Assembly: GCA_945861645.1 (NCBI GenBank)
Contig: CAMAVZ010000015.1
Coordinates: 1 to 46,860, forward strand
Direction: 5' to 3'
DNA length: 46,860 bases
Source: Opitutus sp. GAS368
Lineage (GTDB): Bacteria; Verrucomicrobiota; Verrucomicrobiia; Opitutales; Opitutaceae
Within the stretch, counting starts at the first letter, position 1. Each line of letters opens with the position of its first letter. Position numbers and translations under genes: made by a program. The notes beneath the pieces were generated by a model. It was not told the DNA's origin and ran no database searches. It was given only the letters and a program-made list of their open reading frames with translations. Of this stretch, positions 1 to 10,471 are shown one piece after another.

Positions 1-91
1 AATTTTGACTGTGAAGAAAGCGAGGTTTTCGCGCTGGGCCGTTGGGACTGCAGGATTGTCTTTTTGGTGATATTTAGGAGTACTCAGCACT

Positions 92-1048
92 GTGAGCACA
101 CCTTTTCCTGCTAAACCCCGCATCGCGATTATCGGTACCGGCGCCCTCGGTTGTTATTATGGAGCGTTGCTCGTCAAGGCGGGCCTCGATGTTCATTTTT
201 TGGTGCGCAGTGGGCGGGCGGCGGTGATGGCTCGAGGCATTCGGATCAAAATGCCGACGGAGCGAATCCATGTCCGCAAGGTGCAGGTCTATGGTTCGGC
301 CGCGGAGATTGGGCCCTGTGATTTGGTGATCGTGGCGATCAAGGCGACGGCTAATGCGGAGCTTAAAAATCTGCTGCCGCCGCTGCTCGGGCCTGAGACG
401 ATGGTGCTCACTCTGCAGAATGGCCTCGGGGTCGAAGAGCCCGTCGCTAATATCGCTGGGGCGCATCGGGTGTTGGGGGCGATTTGTTATATTGGCTGCA
501 CGCGGACCGCGCCGGGCGTCGTGGATTGTTCTTTTCCTGGACTCATGACGATTGGCAAATTTGGCAAGCCGGCCAGTGAGCGCACGCAGGCTTTGGCCGC
601 CTTGTGGCGGCGAGTCGGCGTAAAATGTACCGCGCTCGATAACCTTGAGGCGCAGCGTTGGCACAAGCTCGTTTGGAATGTGCCGTTCAATGGACTCGCC
701 ATTATTGCCGGTGGACTCACTACCGATCTGCTTTTGGCGGATGAAGGCCTCCGGACCTTGGCGCGGCGCTTGATGGAGGAGATCGTCGAGGCGGCGGCCA
801 AATTCGGACACGATATTCCCCGTTCGTTTGTCGATTTGCAATTTGAGCGCACCGCCAAAATGGGCGCTTACCGGCCATCGAGTCTGATTGATTTTGAGGA
901 GGGGCGCGAAGTTGAGCTTGAGGAAATTTGGGGTGAGCCCGTGCGACGGGCGAAAGCGGTCGGCGTTTCCGTGGCGCGGCTTGAAATGCTTTACTGGTTA
1001 ATTAAGCGCATGCTGGCCGCGCGAAAATTGCCTAAGCGGAAAAAATAA
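92..1048 (+). CDS. panE: 2-dehydropantoate 2-reductase (ketopantoate reductase, PanE/ApbA family)
   Basis: Rossmann IIGTGALG; TLQNGLG; WHKLVWNVPFN; SSLIDF...ELE C-terminal motif; GTG start after AGGAG. Confidence 0.9.
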   Translation: MSTPFPAKPRIAIIGTGALGCYYGALLVKAGLDVHFLVRSGRAAVMARGIRIKMPTERIHVRKVQVYGSAAEIGPCDLVIVAIKATANAELKNLLPPLLGPETMVLTLQNGLGVEEPVANIAGAHRVLGAICYIGCTRTAPGVVDCSFPGLMTIGKFGKPASERTQALAALWRRVGVKCTALDNLEAQRWHKLVWNVPFNGLAIIAGGLTTDLLLADEGLRTLARRLMEEIVEAAAKFGHDIPRSFVDLQFERTAKMGAYRPSSLIDFEEGREVELEEIWGEPVRRAKAVGVSVARLEMLYWLIKRMLAARKLPKRKK

Positions 1049-1180
1049 TTGATGAGCCTGGGCTCGTGCTGGTGGCCGGGTTAATCGGATCGGACGGGTA
1101 GGGGAAGGCGGGCCGCGGGCACCTACTCGGGCATTGCCCCGAGATCATCCATCGGCAAGCTGGCGGAAAAATAAATCCCC

Positions 1181-3466
1181 ATGGCCACCCCTCCATCTGC
1201 TCCCTTCGAACCCTTCATTCCCGCCTCAGTTAATCTCCGGGAATTTACTTTTCGGGCCGTGTTGACCGGCATTGTGCTCGGCATCGTTTTTGGTGCTTCC
1301 TCACTTTATCTGGTGCTTAAGGTTGGTTTGACGGTGAGTGCATCGATTCCCGTCGCCGTAATTTCGTTAGCGATGTTTCGGGCTTGGTCAAAGATGGGTG
1401 GGCGCGATGCCACGATCCTCGAGCATAATATTACCCAGACGGCTGGCTCCGCGGGCGAGTCAATCGCGTTCGGGGTGGGGGTCACGATGCCAGCCATTCT
1501 TATTTTAGGTTTCGATCTCGAGCTCACGCGCGTGATGCTTGTGGCGATTTTAGGCGGACTGCTGGGAATCTTAATGATGATTCCTTTGCGCCGTGCGCTC
1601 ATTGTGAAGGAGCACGGCGTATTAAAATATCCGGAAGGTACGGCGTGTGCCGCGGTGCTCAAAGCCGGGGTCGATGAGGTTTCTCGCGCGGCCGCTTCCC
1701 CGGCCGCCAAGGCAGAAATGGCCGCCGCCGAGGCGGCGGGTCTTGGTCAATCGCCGGGCGCCAAAATTATTTTCACCGGCTTCGGCCTCGGGTTGTTGTA
1801 CAAGACGTTCAACGTTGCGCTGAAGGGCTGGAAGGACGTCCCTGAAAAAATCTTCGGCGCACCGCTCAAGGCTGGTTCGGTCAGCGCGGAGATTTCTCCG
1901 GAGCTCGTCGGCGTTGGCTATATTATTGGCCCGTACATCGGGGGGATTATGTGCGCGGGCGGGGTGCTTTCTTATTTACTGTTGATCCCCTTGATAAAGT
2001 TTTTTGGGGAAGGTCTGCCCGGACCGCTGGCGCCGGGCTTAATTTCCATTGCGGAGATGGGCCCTGGCCAAATTCGGAGCGCCTACATTCTCTACATTGG
2101 CGCGGGGGCGGTAGCCGCGGGGGGAATTATTAGTTTAGTTCAAGCCCTTCCGACTATCTGGCATGGCATTAAAGGCGGGCTGCGTGATTTAGGCTGGGGT
2201 GGTCAAGTTGATCAGGGGCCTACGCTGCGCACTGATCGCGATATTTCGATGAAGTGGGTGGGGATCGGCATTTTTGTGCTCATTGGCACCATCATGCTCG
2301 CCCCGTCGTTGCATATGAATTTTCTCGGCGCTTTGCTGATCATCGCCTTCGGCTTTTTGTTCGTCACCGTTTCCTCCCGTTTAACGGGTGAGATTGGTTC
2401 CACCTCTAATCCCATTTCGGGCATGACCGTGGCGACACTCTTGTTCACTTGCTTGATCTTCTTGCTCGTGGGCTGGACCGGCGGAGCGCATTACGTCACC
2501 GCGCTCACGATTGGCGCCATTGTTTGTATCGCCTCCTCCAACGGGGGCACGACCTCGCAGGATCTCAAGACGGGTTTTCTGCTCGGTTCGACGCCGAAGC
2601 TCCAGCAGTACGCTATTCTGCTCGGGGCGTTTGGCTCGGCCGTGGTGCTCGGTCCGATTCTATTAAAATTGAATGATGCGGCCACCGTTTATGTGCCGGT
2701 AGCCCAGGTTGTTTCAGCGGGATTGCGCACGGATCCAGCCTTGTTGACTAACCATGAATCGCTGCGTGGACCGCAGGCGCGTGACGATGGCGGCTCTTAT
2801 TTAACGTGGCACAAAACGGATGCGGTGGGTGGTCCTGCCGGAAAATATTTGGTCAATGCGGCGGGTGCGGCGGTGTGGCTGGTGGATCCCGGTATTAATG
2901 GGGCCTACGACACGCGGCCTGATGGCTCGCAAGTGCGCAAATTTGATGCACCGAAAGCGACGCTGATGTCGTATATCATTAAAGGCATTCTCGATCGCAA
3001 ACTCCCGTGGGCGCTCGTGCTCCTCGGCGTGATGATCGCGGTTTGCCTGCAGATGTCATTTATTCCGGCCCTCGCCTTTGCGGTGGGCGTTTATCTGCCG
3101 CTCTCTTCTTCTTCGCCCATTTTCATCGGGGGCATGATCCGCTGGTTGGTGGATCGTAAATTAAAACAAAACCCTGCGCACGCCAAGTTGTCCCCCGATG
3201 AATTTAACGCGGAGAGTGATAAGAGCCCCGGGGTGTTGTTGGCCTCCGGCTATATCGCCGGAGGCGCGATTGCGGGCATCGTCATCGCATTTTTTGCCGG
3301 CGTACTGAGTGATTTTGACTTCGCCATTACGCAATGGTCGGTGGCGCATAATCCCTTTTTCGAGGGACCGCACTCGGACTTGCTCTCGCTCATTCCCTTT
3401 ATCGCGATCTGTGGCTTCCTCTATCTAGTAGCGCGGGAGAAGTTGCTGCGGCCAAAGCTGAACTAA
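1181..3466 (+). CDS. OPT family oligopeptide transporter
   Basis: REFTFRA, LKVGLTVSASIP, EHNITQTAGSAGES, YPEGTACA, SNPISGMT, SQDLKTG, APKATLM motifs; many hydrophobic segments. Confidence 0.92.
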   Translation: MATPPSAPFEPFIPASVNLREFTFRAVLTGIVLGIVFGASSLYLVLKVGLTVSASIPVAVISLAMFRAWSKMGGRDATILEHNITQTAGSAGESIAFGVGVTMPAILILGFDLELTRVMLVAILGGLLGILMMIPLRRALIVKEHGVLKYPEGTACAAVLKAGVDEVSRAAASPAAKAEMAAAEAAGLGQSPGAKIIFTGFGLGLLYKTFNVALKGWKDVPEKIFGAPLKAGSVSAEISPELVGVGYIIGPYIGGIMCAGGVLSYLLLIPLIKFFGEGLPGPLAPGLISIAEMGPGQIRSAYILYIGAGAVAAGGIISLVQALPTIWHGIKGGLRDLGWGGQVDQGPTLRTDRDISMKWVGIGIFVLIGTIMLAPSLHMNFLGALLIIAFGFLFVTVSSRLTGEIGSTSNPISGMTVATLLFTCLIFLLVGWTGGAHYVTALTIGAIVCIASSNGGTTSQDLKTGFLLGSTPKLQQYAILLGAFGSAVVLGPILLKLNDAATVYVPVAQVVSAGLRTDPALLTNHESLRGPQARDDGGSYLTWHKTDAVGGPAGKYLVNAAGAAVWLVDPGINGAYDTRPDGSQVRKFDAPKATLMSYIIKGILDRKLPWALVLLGVMIAVCLQMSFIPALAFAVGVYLPLSSSSPIFIGGMIRWLVDRKLKQNPAHAKLSPDEFNAESDKSPGVLLASGYIAGGAIAGIVIAFFAGVLSDFDFAITQWSVAHNPFFEGPHSDLLSLIPFIAICGFLYLVAREKLLRPKLN

Positions 3467-3491
3467 CGCGGGGGCCTGAGTAGCCGGCGCC

Positions 3492-4613
3492 TTATTTTTT
3501 TAGGCCGAGGGCTTCGACGCAGGCGGCATCGAGGGTGCGCAGGCCCGGCGCGGAGTTGAGTGCGACGCGAAAGCCGCCGGCGTAATCCCACATGGTCCAG
3601 CCGATGTTGTGCGCTTCGCATATCTCACGCACATCGCGCAGCCAGCGGTAACGATCGAGTGGAGGGCTTACCTTGGTGTAGACGCCAAATTCATTGCAGG
3701 TAATCGGCACGGCATATTTTTTCGCCCAATCGATTGCGAGTGCGAGGCGCGCCTCGAGGCCGGCGCGATCGGCGGTGTAGTTGAGAAGATGACCGCGGCC
3801 CTTGCCCGAGCCGACTCGCTCTAGGTTGGCCGCTTTATTATTATTTTCGGCGGGGTAGTTGAGGCCGACAATGGGCTCGAGTCCCATGTCGGGCCAGGCG
3901 GCCGACTGATGGGTGAAGACCATGGGCTCATAGAAATGAAAATTATAAACTACGTTGGTGTCGGCGAGGGGTTGCAATTGAAGCAGTTCATCGACGCCAC
4001 TCCAGCGATGGCCGGTGGCGATGAGGGTGTGTTGCGGGGCGCCCGCGCGCATGGCGGTGAGCAGTTGATTTTGCATGGAGGTCCAGCGCTCGAGCGACAT
4101 TTTCCCGGCCGGTTCGTTCATGATTTCCAAGAAAACCTGCTCGGGGTCACGGCTCGCAAGATGCCGCGCCAGTGCGCCCCAGAGGGCAACAGCCTGCGCG
4201 ACGAGTTGGTCGTCGTGCTTTAGCCGATCCTTGGTCTCTTCCCGAGCATGCCAGTCAACGATAACCGCCAGTCCGGCACCGAGCAGTTGGTCGAGCGCGG
4301 TGTCGAAGTCGGCGAGAAACTCTGGGCGCAGTCTCCCGGGATTTTTTTCGTCGAGGAACAGCTCAAATTCGACGGGAAAACGCACATGTCGAAAACCGGC
4401 GGCGGCGAGCAGCGTGAAATCCGCGGGCTGATTATAGCTCTTGAAGCGCTGATGCAGACTGGCCTCGTCTCCGAGGGGCATCTGCGAAAACCAGTGGGAG
4501 AGATTGATGCCTTGGGTTAAGCGCTCGAGGCGGGCGTTCGGGACGGATGCAAGCGCGGCGTTCAGCAGGCCAGGGAGGAAAACGAGGACGAGAATAATGC
4601 GAGCCAGGGTCAT
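3492..4613 (-). CDS. Secreted glycoside hydrolase family 5 (endo-beta-glucanase/mannanase-like)
   Basis: Signal peptide; GINLSHWF, HVRFPV, IVDWH, acid/base EIMNEP, FHFYEP, nucleophile CNEFG, WTMWDY. Confidence 0.88.
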   Translation of the reverse strand: MTLARIILVLVFLPGLLNAALASVPNARLERLTQGINLSHWFSQMPLGDEASLHQRFKSYNQPADFTLLAAAGFRHVRFPVEFELFLDEKNPGRLRPEFLADFDTALDQLLGAGLAVIVDWHAREETKDRLKHDDQLVAQAVALWGALARHLASRDPEQVFLEIMNEPAGKMSLERWTSMQNQLLTAMRAGAPQHTLIATGHRWSGVDELLQLQPLADTNVVYNFHFYEPMVFTHQSAAWPDMGLEPIVGLNYPAENNNKAANLERVGSGKGRGHLLNYTADRAGLEARLALAIDWAKKYAVPITCNEFGVYTKVSPPLDRYRWLRDVREICEAHNIGWTMWDYAGGFRVALNSAPGLRTLDAACVEALGLKK

Positions 4614-4708
4614 AACGGCGGGGTGTTTTTTTAAATCTATCAGGCGGGGTGATGGGTCGGCCTTACGGCTACGATCTCGATTTATATCGTGGCGAGGTCA
4701 ATCGGGGA

Positions 4709-4770
4709 GAGTTGTTTCTCAATTCTCGAATAAAGGCTCTCATCCTCAGCGCCGGGGTATTGTTTAAAGT
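4709..4770 (+). promoter_or_regulatory. Tandem direct-repeat operator plus -10 upstream of CE7-GH1
   Basis: gagttgtttctcaat (4709-4723) and ataaaggctctcatc (4730-4744), 21 bp period; TAAAGT at 4765-4770. Confidence 0.6.
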
Positions 4771-4818
4771 GATCTTCGCGATGTCAGCTTTCGTTTATCT
4801 TTACGCTCAGGCCGTTCG

Positions 4819-6171
4819 ATGAGATCGCGCGTCTTTATGCTCATTGGTGGCGGGTTGATCGCGAGCACGGCTCTTTGGGCCGTGCAGGCAATCACCCCAG
4901 TGCCCCCGCAGGTGGACTTTCGGGTTGCTGCGATTCAGGTACGGGTGAAGCCAGAACATCGCGATTGGACGTACGCGCTGGGTGAGGCCGTCAAATTTCA
5001 GGTTATCGTTACCGCCGACAATGAACCGATCGATACGGTGGCAGTGCACTATACGGTGGGGCCGGATCTGCAGCCCGGACCAGCGAAGATGGCGCTAGTC
5101 CCTTTGACCGGTTTAATCATCGATGCGGGCACGATGACGGCGCCAGGTTTCTTGCGCTGCATCGTAACTACCGAAGTGGCCGGCACCATTTATTCTGGAG
5201 TGGCGACGGCCGCCATAGCGCCCGAAAAAATTGTCGCCTACCAAACTGAACCGCGCGATTTCGATGCCTTCTGGGCAGCAGGCCGAGCCGAGCTGGCGAA
5301 ACTTCCGCTCGAGGCCAGGCTCACGCTGCAGGCGGAGGCCTGTACGGATAAGGTGAATGTCTATCAGGTAAGTTTTCGCGGTCTCGGCGAGGGTTGGGCG
5401 GGTCCGGCGCGTATTTATGGAGTTCTCACGGAGCCCAAGGTGCCGGGGCATTATCCTGCTGTGCTGAAAGTGCCCGGAGCCGGCGTTCGGCCGTATTTCG
5501 GTGACACTCGCTTAGCGGCTCGGGGCGTGATCGTCTTGGAGATTGGCGTCCATGGAATTCCCGTCAATCAGCCGCAAGAAATTTATGATCAGTTGCAGGC
5601 CGGCGCGCTCAACGGGTACTGGCTGTTTAACTTAGATGATCGTTACAATTATTATTATCGGCGGATTTATTTGGGCTGTCTGCGGGCCAATGATTTTTTA
5701 ACAACGCGCGAAAACTGGGATGGGCAAAATTTGCTGGTCGTGGGGGCCAGCCAAGGCGGTCTGCTCGCCATCACCACTGCGGCGCTCGACGCACGCGTGA
5801 CGGGGCTAGCGGCCACGCATCCGGCCTTCTGTGATGTGGCGGCTCCACTGCATGGGCGAGCGGGCGGTTGGCCGCACCCTTTTATGCCTGATGCCCTAAC
5901 GGGCCAGCCCTCGCCGCAGGCCACGCCGGCGAAAATTGAAACGGCGCGATATTACGATGCGGTGAATTTCGCGCGCCGGCTGAAGGTGCCGGGCTTTTAT
6001 ATCTGGGGTTACAATGATGCGGTTTGCCCGCCGACTTCGACCTTCGCGGCCTATAATCTTATCACGGCACCCAAGCAACTGGCGGTCGAATTTGAACAGG
6101 CGCACACTTATCCGCCTGAACAGGATCAGGCCATCACTCGCTGGATTACCACTGCGCTTAGGCTCCGGTAA
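4819..6171 (+). CDS. Acetylxylan/acetyl esterase, CE7 (AXE1/cephalosporin-C deacetylase family), secreted, with N-terminal extra domain
   Basis: PRDFDAFW, YYYRRIYL, nucleophile GASQGG, YYDAVNFA, NDAVCPP (Asp), C-terminal His (QAHTY); hydrophobic N-terminus. Confidence 0.88.
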   Translation: MRSRVFMLIGGGLIASTALWAVQAITPVPPQVDFRVAAIQVRVKPEHRDWTYALGEAVKFQVIVTADNEPIDTVAVHYTVGPDLQPGPAKMALVPLTGLIIDAGTMTAPGFLRCIVTTEVAGTIYSGVATAAIAPEKIVAYQTEPRDFDAFWAAGRAELAKLPLEARLTLQAEACTDKVNVYQVSFRGLGEGWAGPARIYGVLTEPKVPGHYPAVLKVPGAGVRPYFGDTRLAARGVIVLEIGVHGIPVNQPQEIYDQLQAGALNGYWLFNLDDRYNYYYRRIYLGCLRANDFLTTRENWDGQNLLVVGASQGGLLAITTAALDARVTGLAATHPAFCDVAAPLHGRAGGWPHPFMPDALTGQPSPQATPAKIETARYYDAVNFARRLKVPGFYIWGYNDAVCPPTSTFAAYNLITAPKQLAVEFEQAHTYPPEQDQAITRWITTALRLR

Positions 6172-6198
6172 TTTTCCGGCGGCCCCGTTATTTTATTT

Positions 6199-7560
6199 AT
6201 GTCATTTCCGAAAAATTTCATATGGGGGGCTGGCTCATCCGCCTACCAAATCGAAGGCGGTTGGAATCTCGGTGGCCGGGGCCCTTCTATCTGGGACACA
6301 TTTTCGCAACAATCGGGTAAGGTATTCGAAAACCACAATGGGAATATCGCTTGTGACCATTACCATCGGTGGCGCGAGGATATTGGTCTGATGCGTGATC
6401 TGGGGCTGCAGGCTTATCGGTTGTCATTGGCTTGGCCGCGCATTCAGCCGATGGGAACGGGCCGAGCTAATGCCCGTGGGCTCGCCTTTTATGATCGGCT
6501 AATCGATCGATTGCTGGCGGCGGGCATCACGCCATGGGTAACGCTTTACCATTGGGATTTGCCGCAGGCGCTGCAGGAACGGGGCGGTTTTCTTAACCGC
6601 GATTTTGTCGATTGGTTTGGCGATTACACGGCGATCGTCGCAGATCGCCTAGGTGATCGCGTGAAGCATTGGCTGACGTTTAACGAGCCGCCCGTAATTA
6701 TAGGATTGGGTCATCAAGAAGGTCGCATGGCGCCCGGGTTGCAGTTGCCCTTCGCGGATTGTTTGCTGGGCGCGCATCATCTATTGATGGCTCACGGTCG
6801 ATCGGTCCAGGCGTTGCGCGCCGGTTGCTCCGGCCGCGTAAAGATTGCCATCGTACAGACGGGGCGCGAACGCATTCCGGCGACGAGCCACCGGCGGGAT
6901 ATTGCGGCGGCCCGGCAAGATTATTTTGCTAGCACCGAACGTACGATGCATAATCTAGCGTGGTGGGCGGATCCTGTCATGCTCGGTCGCTATCCAGAAG
7001 ATGGGGTTAAGGCTTTTGGGGCGGATATGCCAAAATTTACGGCAGCGGATATGAAGCTGATTGCCCAAAAGACTGACTTCATCGCCTATAATTGCTATTC
7101 GGGGTGGCCGGTGCGGGCCAATGCTCGTGGTAAGGCCGAGCGCGTTCCTGCTGGCTGGGGAATCGGCAACCCGCGGGGGACGCTGGCCTGGCTGGAGAGC
7201 GCCCCTGATGCGATTTATTGGGCGGCGCGTTTCCAGACGGAGCGTTACGCTCGGCCCATCGTTTTTTCTGAGAACGGAATTTGTAGCTCTGATTTTGTCC
7301 ATCTCGACGGTCGGGTGCACGATCCCCAGCGAATTGATTTTTTGCGCCGCTATCTCGGAGCGGTGCGGCGGGCGGTTGATGAGGGCATTCGGGTGGAGGG
7401 CTATTTCCATTGGTCGATTATGGATAATCTTGAATGGGCCGAGGGCTACAAAGACCGCTTCGGTTTGATCCATGTGGATTATCGCACGCAGCAGCGCACC
7501 CTGAAAGATTCCGCTTACTGGTATCGTGATTTTATCCGCTCGGGTGGCCGGATGGGCTAA
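6199..7560 (+). CDS. Glycoside hydrolase family 1 beta-glucosidase (no signal peptide)
   Basis: FPKNFIWG...AYQIEG, ACDHYHRW, TLYHWDLP, acid/base TFNEP, nucleophile FSENG, WSIMDNLEWAEGY. Confidence 0.95.
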   Translation: MSFPKNFIWGAGSSAYQIEGGWNLGGRGPSIWDTFSQQSGKVFENHNGNIACDHYHRWREDIGLMRDLGLQAYRLSLAWPRIQPMGTGRANARGLAFYDRLIDRLLAAGITPWVTLYHWDLPQALQERGGFLNRDFVDWFGDYTAIVADRLGDRVKHWLTFNEPPVIIGLGHQEGRMAPGLQLPFADCLLGAHHLLMAHGRSVQALRAGCSGRVKIAIVQTGRERIPATSHRRDIAAARQDYFASTERTMHNLAWWADPVMLGRYPEDGVKAFGADMPKFTAADMKLIAQKTDFIAYNCYSGWPVRANARGKAERVPAGWGIGNPRGTLAWLESAPDAIYWAARFQTERYARPIVFSENGICSSDFVHLDGRVHDPQRIDFLRRYLGAVRRAVDEGIRVEGYFHWSIMDNLEWAEGYKDRFGLIHVDYRTQQRTLKDSAYWYRDFIRSGGRMG

Positions 7561-7789
7561 GATCTTAGGGCTGTCAGCTGTGACTGGGTCTCTTGTTAGT
7601 TTTGAGGTTAGATTTTTTTGCGGCCGGCCGGTATAAAGGAAGATGGTTCAACTCATGACTGTTTGGTTGGCTTAATTATGGGTGCGACGTTGGGCGACTC
7701 TTCCCGTTGGTCTGACCGAAGCTACCGCTAGAGCGGCGGGGTCCCGTTCTTTGGCTGGCTCTGCTGCCTCAGGTCGGTTTCGAGCCGTC

Positions 7790-7852
7790 GTCTAAATACT
7801 CAAATCTTAAGCAAGGATTCTCATTAACATGAGAGGGAAAAATTGTTACACA
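7790..7852 (+). promoter_or_regulatory. Tandem direct-repeat operator plus extended -10 upstream of GH2-GPH operon
   Basis: gtctaaatactcaaa (7790-7804) and gcaaggattctcatt (7811-7825), 21 bp period; TGtTACACA at 7844-7852. Confidence 0.55.
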
Positions 7853-7956
7853 GTGGTTATCTAGCCTAGGCCTACCCCATCCTTGATCAGCGCGCATGAC
7901 TATTTTGCCGCCGCTAAATTTACGCTCATTTTTAATTCTGACCCAGGCTTGTCATC

Positions 7957-10434
7957 GTGTCATCGCTCTCTCTCACAAATATTCCTTGGCAGTTTCGCGA
8001 AGTCGCCCCGCGCGCCAGCTGGCATCCTGCCGTGGTCCCGGGTTGCGTGCATACGGATCTGCAGAAGCAGGGCCTCATTCCGGAGCCATTCTGGGAGAAT
8101 AACGAAGCGGGCCTGCAGTGGATTGAAGAGCGCGATTGGGAATATCGGACCACTTTTACGGTGTCGCGGGAATGGCTCGCGGCGGAAGTGGTCGAGCTGG
8201 TTGCCGATGGTCTCGATACCGTGGCGACGGTCCGGCTCAATGGGCAAGAAGTGGCGCGCACGGCCAATATGTTTACGGGTTTCCGGTGGGTCGTGAAGCC
8301 CCTGCTCCGAGTGGGGCGCAATGTTTTGACGATACAGTTTGGCAGTGCGCTGAAATATATTCGCGCCACGCGCCGCGGCCATCGCCCCGTTGAGTTCAAC
8401 GATCCGGTCGGACGTTCGCAGGTTATTCGCAAGCAAGCCAGTCAGTTTGGGTGGGATTGGGGTCCGCGTTTTGTAACGGCGGGGATCTGGGCCGATCTTC
8501 GTTTGGAGGCTTGGACAGGTAATCGTTTGGCGGGAGTGCGGGTCACCCAGCAACATGCGGCGGATGGCAGTGTCACGCTGGCGCTCGGGTTAGAGTTAGC
8601 GCGGTCGGCGGCGCAGGCCTGTGCGGTTCGTTGGCGATTATCCCTCGGTGATTTGCTGATCGCGGAGGGGCGGCAGCTAACCATTCATTTGGCTAATCCG
8701 CAGCTCTGGTGGCCGAATGGCCAAGGGGCGCAATCGCTTTATACACTCGAAGTCGAGGTGCTGGGCGCCGCGGGGCGGCTGATCGGTCAGTGGAGCCGGC
8801 GGATTGGTTTGCGCACGATCCAGCTGGATCGGCACGCGGATGCCGCGGGAGAAACCTTTCAATTTGTCGTCAATGGGCGGCCCATTTTTGCCAAGGGCGC
8901 TAATTGGATTCCGGCGCATAGTTTTGTCACGGGCTTGACGCGCGAACATTATGCGCGGGATCTCCAAAGTGCGGCGGAGGCGCACATGAACATGATTCGG
9001 GTTTGGGGTGGGGGCATCTACGAGAGTGAGAAATTTTATGACGAGTGCGATCAGCTGGGGCTGCTGGTCTGGCAGGATTTTATGTTTGCCTGCTCGATTT
9101 ATCCGGCGGACCGAGCTTTTCAGAAAAGTGTGCGCGCGGAGGCCGTGCATCAAGTGCGCCGACTACGGCACCGCGCGTGCCTCGCCCTCTGGTGCGGCAA
9201 CAACGAAATTGAGTCGCTCAATGCCCCCTTGTTGAAAGAACCCTCGCGCCGCCGTGAATACGATGCGCTCTTTCACCAATTGTTGCCCGCCGTGGTTGCA
9301 CAGCATGATGCCGTCACTGATTATTGGCCCTCCTCGCCCCATCGGGGGGGGCAGGATGATAGTCACGCGATCGGGGTGCAACGTGGAGACACTCATTTTT
9401 GGGATGTCTGGCACAAGCGCCAGCCGGTGAAAGATTATGAGCAATGGCGGTTCCGTTTTGTTTCTGAATTTGGCATGCAAAGTTATAGTTCGCCCGAAAC
9501 GCAGGCTACTTTCTGTTCGGCGGAGCACGGGAATATATTCGGCCGGCAGATGGAAAATCACCAAAAGAACCGCGGCGGCAATCAAGTCATTCTCGATTAT
9601 GTGTCCCGCCGTTATCGGTTTCCAAAATCGCAGGCCGACCTGATCTATCTTTCGCAGTTAAATCAGGCGTACTGCATGCAGACTGGCGTGGAGCATTATC
9701 GGCGGACGATGCCGCATTGCATGGGGGCGCTTTACTGGCAATTGAACGACTGTTGGCCTACGGCTTCGTGGAGCTCGCTGGAATTCACGGGTCGGTGGCG
9801 CGCTTTGCATCATGCGGCGCGGCGTTTTTTTGCGCCCGCGCTCGCCTGTGCCCACATGCCGGGGGAGGAGACGACAACTATTGGGAACTATCCGCGTTCC
9901 ACGATCGATGTGGTGCATCTGTACACTGTGAGTGACCTGCCGGGCACTGTGCCCGGCGTCCTCCGCTGGGACCTTTTATCGCTCGATGGTCGCACCCTCC
10001 AGCAGGGGCGCAAGCAGGTGAAGCTAAGCTATGGGACCAGCGTTAAGCAGAAGACGCTCCGGCTGGCTGCCGCCCTCGCGCGGCATGGTCGGGATCGGGT
10101 GATTCTGCGCATCGCCCTCGATTTGGCTGGTCGCCGAGTCAGCGAGGAAAGCTTGTTTTTCTCGCCGCCTCGGTTCTTAGATCTCCCGGTGGGCCGCACA
10201 AAAATTGCTTTGCAATTACCGACTCCCCACCGGGCGCGGCTCACGATCACGTCGGCTGTTTTTCAGCATCGCTTTAAGTTCGAGCTCCCTGGCATTGGGC
10301 ACCGCAGCAGCGATAATTATTTTGAGCTTTATCCCCACGAGGCCCGGGTGGTGGAGCTGGAATTCACCCGCCCCCAGACGCTCACTCGGTTGAAAAAAAC
10401 TCTTACCTATCAATCGCTCCGCGATACCTACTGA
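7957..10434 (+). CDS. Glycoside hydrolase family 2 beta-mannosidase (no signal peptide)
   Basis: RKQASQFGWDWGP, KGANWIP, NMIRVWGGGIYE, WQDFMFAC, WCGNNE, FVSEFGMQS, LYWQLNDCWP are beta-mannosidase signatures; GTG start approximate. Confidence 0.92.
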   Translation: MSSLSLTNIPWQFREVAPRASWHPAVVPGCVHTDLQKQGLIPEPFWENNEAGLQWIEERDWEYRTTFTVSREWLAAEVVELVADGLDTVATVRLNGQEVARTANMFTGFRWVVKPLLRVGRNVLTIQFGSALKYIRATRRGHRPVEFNDPVGRSQVIRKQASQFGWDWGPRFVTAGIWADLRLEAWTGNRLAGVRVTQQHAADGSVTLALGLELARSAAQACAVRWRLSLGDLLIAEGRQLTIHLANPQLWWPNGQGAQSLYTLEVEVLGAAGRLIGQWSRRIGLRTIQLDRHADAAGETFQFVVNGRPIFAKGANWIPAHSFVTGLTREHYARDLQSAAEAHMNMIRVWGGGIYESEKFYDECDQLGLLVWQDFMFACSIYPADRAFQKSVRAEAVHQVRRLRHRACLALWCGNNEIESLNAPLLKEPSRRREYDALFHQLLPAVVAQHDAVTDYWPSSPHRGGQDDSHAIGVQRGDTHFWDVWHKRQPVKDYEQWRFRFVSEFGMQSYSSPETQATFCSAEHGNIFGRQMENHQKNRGGNQVILDYVSRRYRFPKSQADLIYLSQLNQAYCMQTGVEHYRRTMPHCMGALYWQLNDCWPTASWSSLEFTGRWRALHHAARRFFAPALACAHMPGEETTTIGNYPRSTIDVVHLYTVSDLPGTVPGVLRWDLLSLDGRTLQQGRKQVKLSYGTSVKQKTLRLAAALARHGRDRVILRIALDLAGRRVSEESLFFSPPRFLDLPVGRTKIALQLPTPHRARLTITSAVFQHRFKFELPGIGHRSSDNYFELYPHEARVVELEFTRPQTLTRLKKTLTYQSLRDTY

Positions 10435-10471
10435 GAGGGGCTGTGGCCTCCTGCTTTTATACCCCGACCCC

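Noticed and set aside
7561-7789. Long intergenic stretch with small hairpins, possible ncRNA or small ORF
   Set aside because: No convincing ORF, terminator or riboswitch consensus visible
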